Positions 21,272 to 30,695 of a stretch of DNA of 64,000 nucleotides are shown one piece after another. The notes below the pieces were generated by a model. The model made no database searches and had not been told where the DNA came from. It saw nothing but the letters and a program-made list of their open reading frames with translations. This DNA comes from Alphaproteobacteria bacterium (lineage in GTDB: Bacteria; Pseudomonadota; Alphaproteobacteria; RF32; CAG-239), in the NCBI GenBank assembly GCA_017467515.1, contig JAFUSU010000027.1, positions 51,099 through 115,098 of the forward strand. Direction: 5' to 3'. Made by a program: the position numbers and the translations under genes. Position 1 is the first letter of the stretch. The number at the start of each line of letters is the position of its first letter.

Positions 21272-22627
21272 ATGACTTTCCTTAGTAAAATGACCGGTTT
21301 GTTCTCTCCCAAATCTAAAAAAAATATTTCTTTAGAAACAAAATCTGATGTCAAATTCAGAATTGTTGTTGTTGATTTTCAAGACAATATAGAAAGCTCA
21401 AGCGGAGAAAACACCGTCCGGATTCTTCAAACAATGCCCGATTTTGAAGTTCGTTTTTTTGATGAACCATTCAATAAAGCATTCCTCAATCTGGAAAGCA
21501 AAACGCTATTTGATATGATAGATAAAGGACAAACGCTTATAGAAAGGACCGGTGCCGATGTCTTAATCTGGGGATGCCGAGATAATGATAAAATTCGGCT
21601 CAACTTTCAAACCGACAAACAATATGAAAATAAATCTCAAAATTTTGTTTCTTTATTGGATTCTCTTTATCTCCCTGCCAATTTATTCAATAATCCTGAA
21701 GATTTTCCTTCAGCCGTTAAAACTTTAATACACGGAGCAATCATCAGTGCTCTGCACCCAACCGAAACGAGCATTCGGATTCATCGCAAATATTTACTCA
21801 AAAAAGACATTGCAAATTTAAGCAATGATAATTCTGCCAAGCAATTGGCTATTAATTATATGCCATTCATTATGAACTTTTTAGGTATTATATATCTGAG
21901 TTGTAATTTTGACTCTGAAGATATCTCTGACTTTAAAATTACGCAAAATTTATTTACAACAGCCGTTAAGCATCAAGATCTGATTGATTCTCCTTTACAT
22001 TTGGGATGTATTTACTATCATTTGGGACAGCTTAATGACAGCGCAGCTTCTTATCAAAATAAACATCAAAATCGCTTTTTCAGCGATGCCGTCAACGCTT
22101 ATCATCAAGCTCAAAGATACCTCGGTAAATATACTTATCCTTATGATTACGCTCTTATTTGCTATCGTCTGGCTCATCTGTTTTTCAATTATTGGAAAAA
22201 GAAAGAGGATATTCAGGCGCTGCGTGACGCCGTTTCTCAGTTAAGAGAGGTTGAAAAAATCTTTTCTGTTGCTCAATTTTCAGAATTTTGGGCAGATATT
22301 CAGAAAGAACTGGGCTATTATCTTTCTGTTTTGGGAAATATTGTAAAAAGTGCCGATATATATCAACTCGCCATTAACTGCTATCAAAACCAACAAAAAG
22401 TCATCACCGAAAAAAGAGATCCTATCCATTGGGCTGATTCTCAGGAGCGCATCGGTCAGTTGCACTATAAAATCGGCATTGATCGCAGCAACAGAGATCA
22501 CCTTGAAGACGCCTTAGAATGTTTTCATGATGCTCTATATATTTACGAAAACGTTTCTCAAACAGAAAAAATAAAACAACTCCTGATAGCGATAAGTAAA
22601 ACAGATAACGAATTGCGAATTTTATAA
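21272..22627 (+). CDS. Hypothetical protein with TPR-like C-terminal half
   Basis: 451 aa; C-terminal repeats rich in Y/L/A with helical periodicity. Confidence 0.5.
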   Translation: MTFLSKMTGLFSPKSKKNISLETKSDVKFRIVVVDFQDNIESSSGENTVRILQTMPDFEVRFFDEPFNKAFLNLESKTLFDMIDKGQTLIERTGADVLIWGCRDNDKIRLNFQTDKQYENKSQNFVSLLDSLYLPANLFNNPEDFPSAVKTLIHGAIISALHPTETSIRIHRKYLLKKDIANLSNDNSAKQLAINYMPFIMNFLGIIYLSCNFDSEDISDFKITQNLFTTAVKHQDLIDSPLHLGCIYYHLGQLNDSAASYQNKHQNRFFSDAVNAYHQAQRYLGKYTYPYDYALICYRLAHLFFNYWKKKEDIQALRDAVSQLREVEKIFSVAQFSEFWADIQKELGYYLSVLGNIVKSADIYQLAINCYQNQQKVITEKRDPIHWADSQERIGQLHYKIGIDRSNRDHLEDALECFHDALYIYENVSQTEKIKQLLIAISKTDNELRIL

Positions 22628-22670
22628 CGAAAGGCATAGTTTTTTCCGTAATTTAGGACTAAAGACAGAC

Positions 22671-22699
22671 TTGTAAACACAAAATTAACTCTTTATACT
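22671..22699 (+). promoter_or_regulatory. Candidate sigma70 promoter of pilin-like gene 1 (TTGTAA-17-TATACT)
   Basis: Hexamers at 22671-22676 and 22694-22699 with 17-bp spacer, ~40 nt upstream of the ATG. Confidence 0.4.
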
Positions 22700-22740
22700 G
22701 TAAAGTGTAAGCAATAGACTTTTATAAAGGGAGAAAAACA

Positions 22741-23352
22741 ATGACTAAGATTTATCAATTATCAGAGCAAAAGGGCCGTTCTATGGTTGAAATGCTCGGC
22801 GTGCTCGCCATCGTCGGCGTGCTGTCCATCGGTGGTATTTCCGGATACTCTAAAGCTATGGCTAAATATAAAATCAACAAAACCGTTGATCAGGTTTCTA
22901 TGCTGATTACCAGCATTCGTACTGCTTTCGGCAACCAAAACTCTTATGCCGGTTTAACGACAGTAAAGGCCATTAACTATGATTTAGTCGGCAATGATTT
23001 GACACTGGGATCAACCAGTACCTTAACCAATGCCTACTCCGGTAGTGTAACAATCGAGGCCTTGACAGATGCAGGCGCTAGCTGTGGCACCAATACATAT
23101 TGTCCAAAATTTGCGGTTACTTATACAAATCTTGATCGTCAAGCTTGTGCTGTAATCGCCTCTTCTGACTGGGGTGGGTCTGCCGCTTCCGGCTTATATA
23201 GCATTACAATTAACTCAGTAGAGCATACTTGGAACGGAACCGCTAATACCGGTGACGGCTTACCGATTGGTTATGACAAAGCTATGAGCGAATGTTCCGG
23301 CGACGGTAAATCTAAATATGTTACAGCAACTATTAAATGGACTTATTACTAA
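22741..23352 (+). CDS. Type IV pilin-like protein, paralogue 1
   Basis: Leader MTKIYQLSEQKG followed by RSMVEMLGVLAIVGVLSIGGISGY, Glu at +5, hydrophobic alpha1-N helix. C-terminal region has 4 Cys. Strong RBS AAGGGAGA. A prepilin peptidase gene is present at 34405-35118. Confidence 0.75.
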   Translation: MTKIYQLSEQKGRSMVEMLGVLAIVGVLSIGGISGYSKAMAKYKINKTVDQVSMLITSIRTAFGNQNSYAGLTTVKAINYDLVGNDLTLGSTSTLTNAYSGSVTIEALTDAGASCGTNTYCPKFAVTYTNLDRQACAVIASSDWGGSAASGLYSITINSVEHTWNGTANTGDGLPIGYDKAMSECSGDGKSKYVTATIKWTYY

Positions 23353-23372
23353 TATTAATCTTAGTCATCTGA

Positions 23373-23404
23373 AAGGCCTCGTTTCAAAGCGAGGCTTTTT
23401 TTTA
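23373..23404 (+). terminator. Rho-independent terminator after pilin-like gene 1
   Basis: GCCTCG-loop-CGAGGC followed by T8. Confidence 0.8.
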
Positions 23405-23530
23405 TGGTTTTCGCAAAATACTAACTAAAGTTATATAATTATTTATCCCTTATACCTAAAGTCAGTCTTGTAAAATCGAAATATTTTGGATAGGATAGAA
23501 GTATAATAGATTTATAAAGGGAGAAAAACA

Positions 23531-24139
23531 ATGACTAAGATTTATCAATTATCAGAGCAAAAGGGCCGTTCTATGGTTGAAATGCTCGGCGTGCTCGCCA
23601 TCGTCGGCGTGCTGTCCATCGGTGGTATTTCCGGATATTCTAAAGCTATGGCTAAATATAAAATCAACAAAACAGTTGATCAGGTTTCTATGCTGATTAC
23701 CAGTATTCGCACGGCTTTCGGCAACCAAAACTCTTATTACGGTTTGACGACGGAAAAAGCCATTAACTATGATTTGGTCGGCAATGATTTGACATTGGGT
23801 TCAACCTCTACCTTAACCAATGCTTATTCAGGGAGCGTAACCATTGCCGCAAAAACATCTACAGGCGCTGCTTGTTCCACCACTTATTGTCCTGCCTTTT
23901 CAGTTACTTATACAAATCTTGATCGTCAAGCTTGTGCTGTAATCGCCTCTTCTGACTGGGGCGGATCTGCCGCTTCCGGCTTATATAGCATCACAATTAA
24001 CTCATCAACGCACACATGGAACGGAACCGCTAATACCGGTGACGGCTTACCGATTGGTTATGACAAAGCCATGAGCGAATGTTCCGGTGACGGTAAATCT
24101 AAATATGTTACAGCAACCATTATGTGGACTTATTACTAA
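23531..24139 (+). CDS. Type IV pilin-like protein, paralogue 2
   Basis: First ~70 and last ~40 residues are identical to paralogue 1. Central blocks have diverged. Same RBS and same terminator downstream. Confidence 0.75.
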   Translation: MTKIYQLSEQKGRSMVEMLGVLAIVGVLSIGGISGYSKAMAKYKINKTVDQVSMLITSIRTAFGNQNSYYGLTTEKAINYDLVGNDLTLGSTSTLTNAYSGSVTIAAKTSTGAACSTTYCPAFSVTYTNLDRQACAVIASSDWGGSAASGLYSITINSSTHTWNGTANTGDGLPIGYDKAMSECSGDGKSKYVTATIMWTYY

Positions 24140-24159
24140 TATTAATCTTAGTCATCTGA

Positions 24160-24190
24160 AAGGCCTCGTTTCAAAGCGAGGCTTTTTTTA
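24160..24190 (+). terminator. Rho-independent terminator after pilin-like gene 2 (same sequence as after gene 1)
   Basis: GCCTCG-loop-CGAGGC followed by T7. Confidence 0.8.
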
Positions 24191-24259
24191 TTTCCCTTGC
24201 CTTCTTTTGTTTTTTATGCTATAAATCCTGCTGTTTAAATATTATTATTCACAAAAATA

Positions 24260-24880
24260 ATGCTTATGGAAATAATTATCTTTTATGCAGCGCTTATCTG
24301 CGCGCTTTTTCTCGGTTTGAGCTATGGGATTTTATTTATCAGAAAAAAAACAAATCTCTCGTCGTTTAAAAGGTTCAATAAACTTGAGTCTTTTCTCTTA
24401 AAGATTCCGGCTCCCTCTGTTAAAATCCTGATAACCCTGCTTATCATTACTGCCATCTGCTTATGTTGGGCTGAAGCGTCTTATCTGACCGATTTATGGT
24501 TGGGAAGAATTGCACTTTCTGTGTGGAACTTAGGCTGTTTATATCTATTGGCCTACATCGTCTATACGATTATTCACCCCTACAGCTTAACAAAAGAAGC
24601 TGCTTGGGCATTTTCCGATAAATATCCTTGTGGGCATAATATAGCAGGATTTATACTGCTGGTTTTCTTGTCAGCCGGTTTAATGTGGCTGTTAAAAGTT
24701 AACGGATATGAGTGGAACATTGCCATTTTCGGTATAAGTGCTCTGGCTGATTATGCAATATTTATGACTGCATACGCTTGCTTCTTTATCGGCAAAATCA
24801 TTTTGTCACTTTGTAAAACAATCTATAAAATGGCAAAGTGGTTGAACAAAGCCTATTGGGAGTGGGTATTGAAACAATAA
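24260..24880 (+). CDS. Integral membrane protein, hypothetical (206 aa, ~6 TM)
   Basis: Hydrophobic helices throughout; immediately downstream of the pilin pair. Confidence 0.5.
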   Translation: MLMEIIIFYAALICALFLGLSYGILFIRKKTNLSSFKRFNKLESFLLKIPAPSVKILITLLIITAICLCWAEASYLTDLWLGRIALSVWNLGCLYLLAYIVYTIIHPYSLTKEAAWAFSDKYPCGHNIAGFILLVFLSAGLMWLLKVNGYEWNIAIFGISALADYAIFMTAYACFFIGKIILSLCKTIYKMAKWLNKAYWEWVLKQ

Positions 24881-24881
24881 T

Positions 24882-24914
24882 AAAAACCCCGTATCATCAG
24901 ATACGGGGTTTTTA
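24882..24914. terminator. Bidirectional rho-independent terminator shared by the membrane-protein gene (+) and rplL (-)
   Basis: A5-CCCCGTATC-loop-GATACGGGG-T5. Confidence 0.8.
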
Positions 24915-24936
24915 TATTTTCAAAATTAAAGTAAAA

Positions 24937-25308
24937 TTACTTCAATTCAACTTTAGCACCGGCTGCTTCCAACTTAGCTTTAATTTCTTCAGCTTCAGCT
25001 TTAGGAGCACCTTCTTTAACAGTTTTAGGAGCACCGTCAACTAAATCTTTAGCTTCTTTCAAGCCTAATTGTGTAATAGCACGGATTTCTTTAATAACAT
25101 TGATTTTGTTTGCGCCAGCTTCAGCTAAGATAACATCAAATTCATCTTTTTCTTCAGCGGCAGCAGCACCAGCGGCACCACCGGCAGCAACAGCAACAGC
25201 AGCAGCGGCAGAAACGCCCCATTTTTCTTCTAACATTTTTGATAAGTCAGCAGCTTCCATAACTGTTAAGGCTGACAATTCATCAACTAATTTGGCTAAA
25301 TCGGCCAT
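24937..25308 (-). CDS. rplL: 50S ribosomal protein L7/L12
   Basis: [22 protein letters not shown], Ala-rich hinge, C-terminal [12 protein letters not shown]...G(A)K. Confidence 0.95.
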   Translation of the reverse strand: MADLAKLVDELSALTVMEAADLSKMLEEKWGVSAAAAVAVAAGGAAGAAAAEEKDEFDVILAEAGANKINVIKEIRAITQLGLKEAKDLVDGAPKTVKEGAPKAEAEEIKAKLEAAGAKVELK

Positions 25309-25409
25309 ATTTTTTCTCCAATATAAAATAAATTAAACTTTTAACTAAAAACTCTTTTGTTCTTACAATTTGCATCAAACATTTTTCGTTTTAGGCTAGG
25401 TATTACGCT

Positions 25410-25459
25410 GTTATTTTTAAGCACAGTGTACCAAAACAGTACATAAGCGAAAAAATAAC
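25410..25459. repeat. GTAC-box hairpin element (rplJ-rplL intergenic)
   Basis: Stem GTTATTTTT/AAAAATAAC enclosing TGTACCAAAACAGTACA. Confidence 0.6.
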
Positions 25460-25485
25460 AAGTAAGAACTGCATAAAACAAAAAA

Positions 25486-25974
25486 TTAAGCAGCCTCTTG
25501 AGTTTTCTCAGAGTATGCTTTAGTAACGCGAGCTAATTGAGCACCCGGAGCTTGTAACAAACCAATAATTTTGGCGCGTAATTCGTCCATAGACGGAATA
25601 GTAGCCAAACGTTTGATTTCATCAACAGTGAGAACACCCGTTCCCATTGCACCGCCGACAACGATTAACTTTTCATTATCTTTAGCAAATTCGACACAAG
25701 CTTTACAAGCTGACACAGGATCATTGGCGAATGCAATAGCAGTCGGACCTTTGAATAAATCAGCGATAGCTTCAAACTTTGTGCCTTTAAGAGCCAAACG
25801 AGTAATCCGGTTTTTAGTAACTCTAAAACCTGCTCCAGCTTTTCTGATTTTATCTCTTAACTCAGAAACTTCTGCCACCGTTAATCCTTTATAGTGAGAA
25901 ACGACAACGATTTCAGCATCAGAAAACAAACCATTCAGTTCATTGAGCAAGTCTGATTTTTCATTACGATTCAC
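25486..25974 (-). CDS. rplJ: 50S ribosomal protein L10
   Basis: 162 aa; typical L10 N-terminus and position upstream of rplL. Confidence 0.9.
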   Translation of the reverse strand: MNRNEKSDLLNELNGLFSDAEIVVVSHYKGLTVAEVSELRDKIRKAGAGFRVTKNRITRLALKGTKFEAIADLFKGPTAIAFANDPVSACKACVEFAKDNEKLIVVGGAMGTGVLTVDEIKRLATIPSMDELRAKIIGLLQAPGAQLARVTKAYSEKTQEAA

Positions 25975-26289
25975 TTGTTGTCTCCAAATGTGGATATTCT
26001 AAGAGAATACCCGTTTACTTAAACACCATTATCCGCGGCAAAATACCGTGTGATAATGAACTCAATCTGTCCGAGGAGAAAAATATATAAAAAGAAATGT
26101 ATTTACTCTCGTCTATGCAGGAGATTAAGGCATTTGCCGCCTGCAGTCTTGGACAGGGTAAACGACTCATCGTCATTTATTGACTTGGTTAATAATACAT
26201 TACCACTCTCTTGTCAAGACCTTTTTTAAAAGGCTTTTCGCATAAAATAAAGGGAGTATAAAACTCCCTTTTCATAAACTTACCTATCA

Positions 26290-26620
26290 TTGTAAGATTT
26301 TAGTTTGTGGGTAATCTGTAAGATTTGAGACTAATACGACGAAACCTCTTAAGCGCGGTGTACAAACCTAGTACATAAGCTTAAGAGGTTTCTAGCAGTA
26401 GTCCAAGTACAAATATGTAAGATTTGAGGGTTATATGGAGAGAGTTTTTAACGACGTGTACAGCTAGTTACACGAGGAGAAAACTCTCCCATAGAACACC
26501 AAAGACTACAAGTTTGAGAAGTAATCTGTAAGATTTGAGGCTAATACGACGAAACCTCTTAAGCGCGGTGTACAAAACTAGTACATAAGCTTAAGAGGTT
26601 TCTAGTAGTAGTCCAAATAT
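26290..26620. repeat. Three tandem ~105-bp units in the rplA-rplJ leader, each = TGTAAGATTTGAG + GTAC-box hairpin
   Basis: Units begin at ~26318, 26421 and 26528. Units 1 and 3 are near-identical (AACCTCTTAAGC...GCTTAAGAGGTT around GCGGTGTACAAACCTAGTACATAAGC). The middle unit has different stem sequence (GGAGAGAGTTTT...AAAACTCTCCC) but preserved pairing and the GTAC box. Confidence 0.8.
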
Positions 26621-27300
26621 TATAGATTACTAAAGTCAACACGAACGCCAACACCCATAGTCGAGCTGAGTGAAACCTTCTTCATATAAGTTCCTTTAGC
26701 ACCGGCAGGTTTAGCTTTCAAAATTGTTTCGATGAAAGCTTTAGCATTCTGAGTTAATTGTTCTTCCGTAAAAGATGCTTTACCGATACCGGCATGAACA
26801 ATACCGCTTTTTTCAACACGGAATTGAACTTCACCGGCTTTTGCGTTTTTAACGGCTGTTGTAACATCGGCCGTAACGGTACCGAGCTTCGGGTTTGGCA
26901 TCAAACCTTTCGGACCTAAAACACGAGCAACACGACCAGCCATTCCCATCATATCAGGAGTTGCAATACAACGATCAAAATCAACTTTACCTGACATAAT
27001 AGAGTCAACCAAGTTTTCAGCGCCGACAATATCAGCACCGGCAGCTTTAGCTTCATCAGCTTTTTCGCCCTGAGCAAAAACGGCAACACGGATTTTTTTA
27101 CCGCTTCCGTTAGGCAAAGCGCAAACACCGCGAACCATTTGGTCTGCATACTTCGGATCAACGCCGAGGTTAATTGCGACATCGATTGTTTCGTCAAACT
27201 TAGCAGTAGCGTTAGCTTTAACGATTTTAACAGCTTCAGCCAAGCTGTAAGCCTGGTCTTTATTTACTGTTTTGTAAGCATTTTCTATTCTTTTTCCCAT
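26620..27300 (-). CDS. rplA: 50S ribosomal protein L1
   Basis: Aligns along its length with bacterial L1. The likely start is MGKRIEN at 27300, 4 bp from the rplK stop, rather than the track's 27315. Confidence 0.95.
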   Translation of the reverse strand: MGKRIENAYKTVNKDQAYSLAEAVKIVKANATAKFDETIDVAINLGVDPKYADQMVRGVCALPNGSGKKIRVAVFAQGEKADEAKAAGADIVGAENLVDSIMSGKVDFDRCIATPDMMGMAGRVARVLGPKGLMPNPKLGTVTADVTTAVKNAKAGEVQFRVEKSGIVHAGIGKASFTEEQLTQNAKAFIETILKAKPAGAKGTYMKKVSLSSTMGVGVRVDFSNL

Positions 27301-27304
27301 CGTC

Positions 27305-27742
27305 TTACTCCACAACCTTAATACCCATAGAAACAGCCTGACCTTTAACCATATTCATAGCGGCTTCAACGGTTGAGCAATTCAAATCCGGCATTTTTGT
27401 TTCAGCGATTTCTTTAACCTGAGCCAAAGTAATTTGACCGGCAAAAGATTTACCCGGTTCTTTAGAAGCAGACTTAACTTTCGCAGCGGTCTTGATATAG
27501 TAAGCAACCGGCGGAAGTTTGGTAACGAAAGTGAAAGACTTATCTTCAAAAGCCGTAATCACAACCGGAACAGGAACACCCGGTTCCATTTTTTGTGTTG
27601 CGGCATTGAAAGCCTTACAAAATTCCATAATGTTCAAGCCTTTTTGACCCAAAGCAGGACCAACCGGCGGAGAAGGGTTAGCTTTTCCGGCGGGGATTTG
27701 CAGCTTGATTAATCCTAAAATTTTCTTTTTAGATTTAGCCAT
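27305..27742 (-). CDS. rplK: 50S ribosomal protein L11
   Basis: [34 protein letters not shown]-terminus. Confidence 0.95.
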   Translation of the reverse strand: MAKSKKKILGLIKLQIPAGKANPSPPVGPALGQKGLNIMEFCKAFNAATQKMEPGVPVPVVITAFEDKSFTFVTKLPPVAYYIKTAAKVKSASKEPGKSFAGQITLAQVKEIAETKMPDLNCSTVEAAMNMVKGQAVSMGIKVVE

Positions 27743-27927
27743 TTTTCCCTCTATAAAAAGTTAGGTTTGTGGTAAACTTCAGACTATGGCAAGTCTCCCA
27801 CAAAATTATTAAAACAAGACTATCCTCAACGATTCTCCGCGCACCAAAAAAGGCGCTCAATCGTTTCAGAGTCGCCTTTGTATAACACAATTTATTAAAA
27901 TAGCAAGTGTTTTCTTCTTTAAAAACC

Positions 27928-28425
27928 TTATTTTCTGTTTTTCCAAGCCTGATACAATGACCAAAAACATAAAACAACATTATTTATCGCGGACGGGTAA
28001 GACTGAATATAAAAATCATGCACAATCCAAAACGCCAAATTAAAAGCCAAAGCGTAGCGCATCTGTTGTTCATTTTTGGTCACATATAAGCAGATTGTGT
28101 ATTGAAGCGTTGCGACCACAGGCAACCACCCGATAACCCCTCGATTATTAAGGTACAAGCCGATTGCAACGGCCAGTCCGCAAAAAATAATCGTCAGAAC
28201 ACTGTTTAATTTATTATAATATGCAAAAAGATTTCTGATTAAACTGAGTGTATTGGCAACCACCGCCGAATAACTGCGTAAGACATACGTTGAGGCAATA
28301 AAAAAAGCGGTATCTAATATCTGCCAACCGATGAGTTTCTTTTTGCTTTTAACGACAACAGAAACCGCCATACACAGCACAGCCAACAGCGAAAATATAT
28401 TTCCCAAAATCAAAGAACTTGTCAT
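27928..28425 (-). CDS. Small inner-membrane protein, hypothetical (YgjV-like?)
   Basis: 165 aa, ~5 TM. Hairpin plus T-run terminator at 27848-27880 on the minus strand. Confidence 0.5.
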   Translation of the reverse strand: MTSSLILGNIFSLLAVLCMAVSVVVKSKKKLIGWQILDTAFFIASTYVLRSYSAVVANTLSLIRNLFAYYNKLNSVLTIIFCGLAVAIGLYLNNRGVIGWLPVVATLQYTICLYVTKNEQQMRYALAFNLAFWIVHDFYIQSYPSAINNVVLCFWSLYQAWKNRK

Positions 28426-28549
28426 TTTTTAAATCCTTCATCTATAAAACCGATTACGCCACAATGCCTCTTTACCTTACCATACTTGCAAATAAGTTAA
28501 AAACCAATAAAAAAAGGAACCAACCTAAAAGTTGATTCCTTTTTTAATA

Positions 28550-29572
28550 TTAGAAGTTATAACAGAAGGTCAGACCAAACTGCCAAGAGTCCGGCGACCA
28601 TAAATAGTAACCTAACTCCTGGCCCTCAACAACGAAATCGTTATCATCCGTCGGATCCTTTGATGTTACGTACCGAGCAAAGAGACGAATATCCGCATTT
28701 TTGATGTTAGCGTGGAGTAGATTGCTCCTAACCCACAGCTGGAAGCCATATTTCAGACACCAGCGCGTATCGTAATCATTATAATCTTCTCCATATTCAC
28801 CACCGTCAAACACTAAGGTAACGGCCGAATTGCCTGTACCGACTAAGAAGTCTACCCCGATACCCATAGCGTGCCCGTTTCCTGTTTCAAGACCAATTTT
28901 TGCTAGCAGGTCACAGGTTGCCCCATATTTATCCTGCTTATCAATTGAGGCTATAAAGCCTAAGGTATAACCAAACCCAAAAGAATTGAGCTTCAGCTGA
29001 TCACCTTCAATATGGCCGGGAACGAATACTAGAGAATACCCTACATTCAATCCCATATTGAAGGAGTGATTGTCATCGGTATCTCCTGTTTTAACATCAT
29101 CTCTATATTCAGACATATCGCTGTCATCAGGATCTTCAGCTTTATCAGATCCACCTAGGATACTGATTTCTAAGCGTTGAGTGATATAATTCCTGCGAGT
29201 AAACTTTGTCCGCCCATGAATAGGAACATACATGTTATCGTAATCAGGCTGCTCGAGCTGAGACTCTGCTAAAGCGTTTTTGTTAAACTCGCGCAATAGT
29301 GCTTTCAGTTCCTCCATATTATCACGCGTTTGAGCAACTTTCTTGTGCTTAGGCTTCGCAGCAGGCGTTTCAGCATCTGCATCAGGAGCTTCAATTACCA
29401 ACGAGTCTTCAACTATCTGAGAAGAACTCGCAACAGCGTTGACCTCAGGGTCATCTGTCTGCGCATGCATCCCGCTTACGCAAACCATCATACATAGTAC
29501 GATGCAAAAAATTTTCTGTTTCATAATTAATAATAATTGGTTCATAATATTTTGATAAAACAGAGTATACAC
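28550..29572 (-). CDS. Putative outer-membrane beta-barrel protein, hypothetical
   Basis: Signal peptide (start may be internal, MKQKIFCIV at 29524). Alternating amphipathic strands. C-terminal ...FCYNF ending in Phe, typical of an OMP. Confidence 0.5.
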   Translation of the reverse strand: MYTLFYQNIMNQLLLIMKQKIFCIVLCMMVCVSGMHAQTDDPEVNAVASSSQIVEDSLVIEAPDADAETPAAKPKHKKVAQTRDNMEELKALLREFNKNALAESQLEQPDYDNMYVPIHGRTKFTRRNYITQRLEISILGGSDKAEDPDDSDMSEYRDDVKTGDTDDNHSFNMGLNVGYSLVFVPGHIEGDQLKLNSFGFGYTLGFIASIDKQDKYGATCDLLAKIGLETGNGHAMGIGVDFLVGTGNSAVTLVFDGGEYGEDYNDYDTRWCLKYGFQLWVRSNLLHANIKNADIRLFARYVTSKDPTDDNDFVVEGQELGYYLWSPDSWQFGLTFCYNF

Positions 29573-30016
29573 GATTTTTTAGCAAAAAACAAACATTTTT
29601 TGTCATATTTTTTGACAAATTAAAAAAATAGAGGAAACAAGCCGTTTTCACGAGCATTTTAAATTTGCGACTCTTATAAATACATCCGCATTAAATTTAT
29701 GAAATAATGTTTTTCATCAAAACCATTGACAAAATATTCTTCTATAGTACACTGGCAACACTTACATACAATGATTAAATTATTTTGTTTATAAAAATTG
29801 CTTGTCTGTAAAAAAAACAGAGTTCCCCTCGCAATTTTAACAATTTTGCTCCGAGGCGAACCGGAGATTTTTCAAATTTTTTCAATTATGGACACCCAAA
29901 AAAAACTAACTCTCTCCAAATTTCTTGAAGAAAGAAGAAAGAATTACGAACTTCTTTTCTGCCTTTTAGACGCTAAGCAGAAAAGCGGGGCATAACAACC
30001 AACAGTTCCCAATAAC

Positions 30017-30058
30017 AAAAAAGCCACCCTCTTCGGTGGCTTTTTTGTTATTGGAGCG
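30017..30058. repeat. Direct duplicate of the terminator hairpin plus last ~15 nt of tRNA-Gly (att-like scar)
   Basis: CCAATAACAAAAAAGCCACCCTCTTCGGTGGCTTTTTTGTTATTGGAGCGGGC matches 30436-30490 with one mismatch. Confidence 0.7.
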
Positions 30059-30478
30059 GGCTGGAGGCAAAAAATTGCTCTTGAATGAGCAATTTTTAAC
30101 GACAGGCGAAGTTTTGTTATTGAGTGAGCTAGTGAAAACGACGCGAAACAAACATTACAAAACGAGTGACCGCAGCGACTTAGTGTTGCGATTAACGCAA
30201 TGCTTACGAGTAAGAAACGTTTCACTCCGCCGCTTCGTCATTTTCTCCCTTTTTCCGTCATACTCGGGCTTGACCCGAGTATCCATTGATAAAGGAATCA
30301 AAATCATTTAATTGCAATGGGATTTGGCTTCGCTACGCTTCGCCGCTTCGTCGTCGCAAGAGCGGCGATGCTTCCGCCTCGCCTGCTCCTCCTAGTGAAC
30401 CCACTTCTTCGTGGCTTCACATCCGTTATCTCTTTCCAATAACAAAAAAGCCACCCTCTTCGGTGGCTTTTTTGTTAC

Positions 30479-30553
30479 TGGAGCGGGCAATGGGATTTGA
30501 ACCCACGACATCAACCTTGGCAAGGTTGCGCTCTACCCCTGAGCTATACCCGC
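30479..30553 (-). tRNA. tRNA-Gly (anticodon GCC)
   Basis: Reverse complement GCGGGTATAGCTCAGGGGTAGAGCGCAACCTTGCCAAGGTTGATGTCGTGGGTTCAAATCCCATTGCCCGCTCCA: cloverleaf, anticodon loop TTGCCAA, T-arm GGTTCAAATCC, encoded CCA. Confidence 0.85.
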
Positions 30554-30695
30554 ATCACTTTAACGAGATATTAGATACCATAATTTTTTTTAATTGCAAG
30601 CACTTTTTTTATATTTTTATAAAATAATAATAAATGGGCCTTTCCTTATCCCGTAAAAACTTGAATAATGCGGCAAGTAATAAGATTTAAGAGAG

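Noticed and set aside
25100-25336. Ala/Pro-rich 78-aa plus-strand ORF
   Set aside because: Antisense to the Ala-rich hinge of rplL.
29724-29760. TTGACA hexamer as a sigma70 -35 element
   Set aside because: No acceptable -10 at 16-19 bp spacing on the plus strand, and no downstream plus-strand gene.
30059-30478. Possible tmRNA (ssrA), given a tRNA-like 3' end (..CCCGCTCCA) followed by a terminator
   Set aside because: On the minus strand there is no T-arm upstream of the duplicated acceptor end, and no tag-peptide-like reading frame ending in ..AA-stop. The sequence is a copy of the tRNA-Gly 3' end plus terminator.
30286-30627. 113-aa ORF on the plus strand
   Set aside because: It overlaps the minus-strand tRNA-Gly and the GC-rich remnant; no RBS; spurious.
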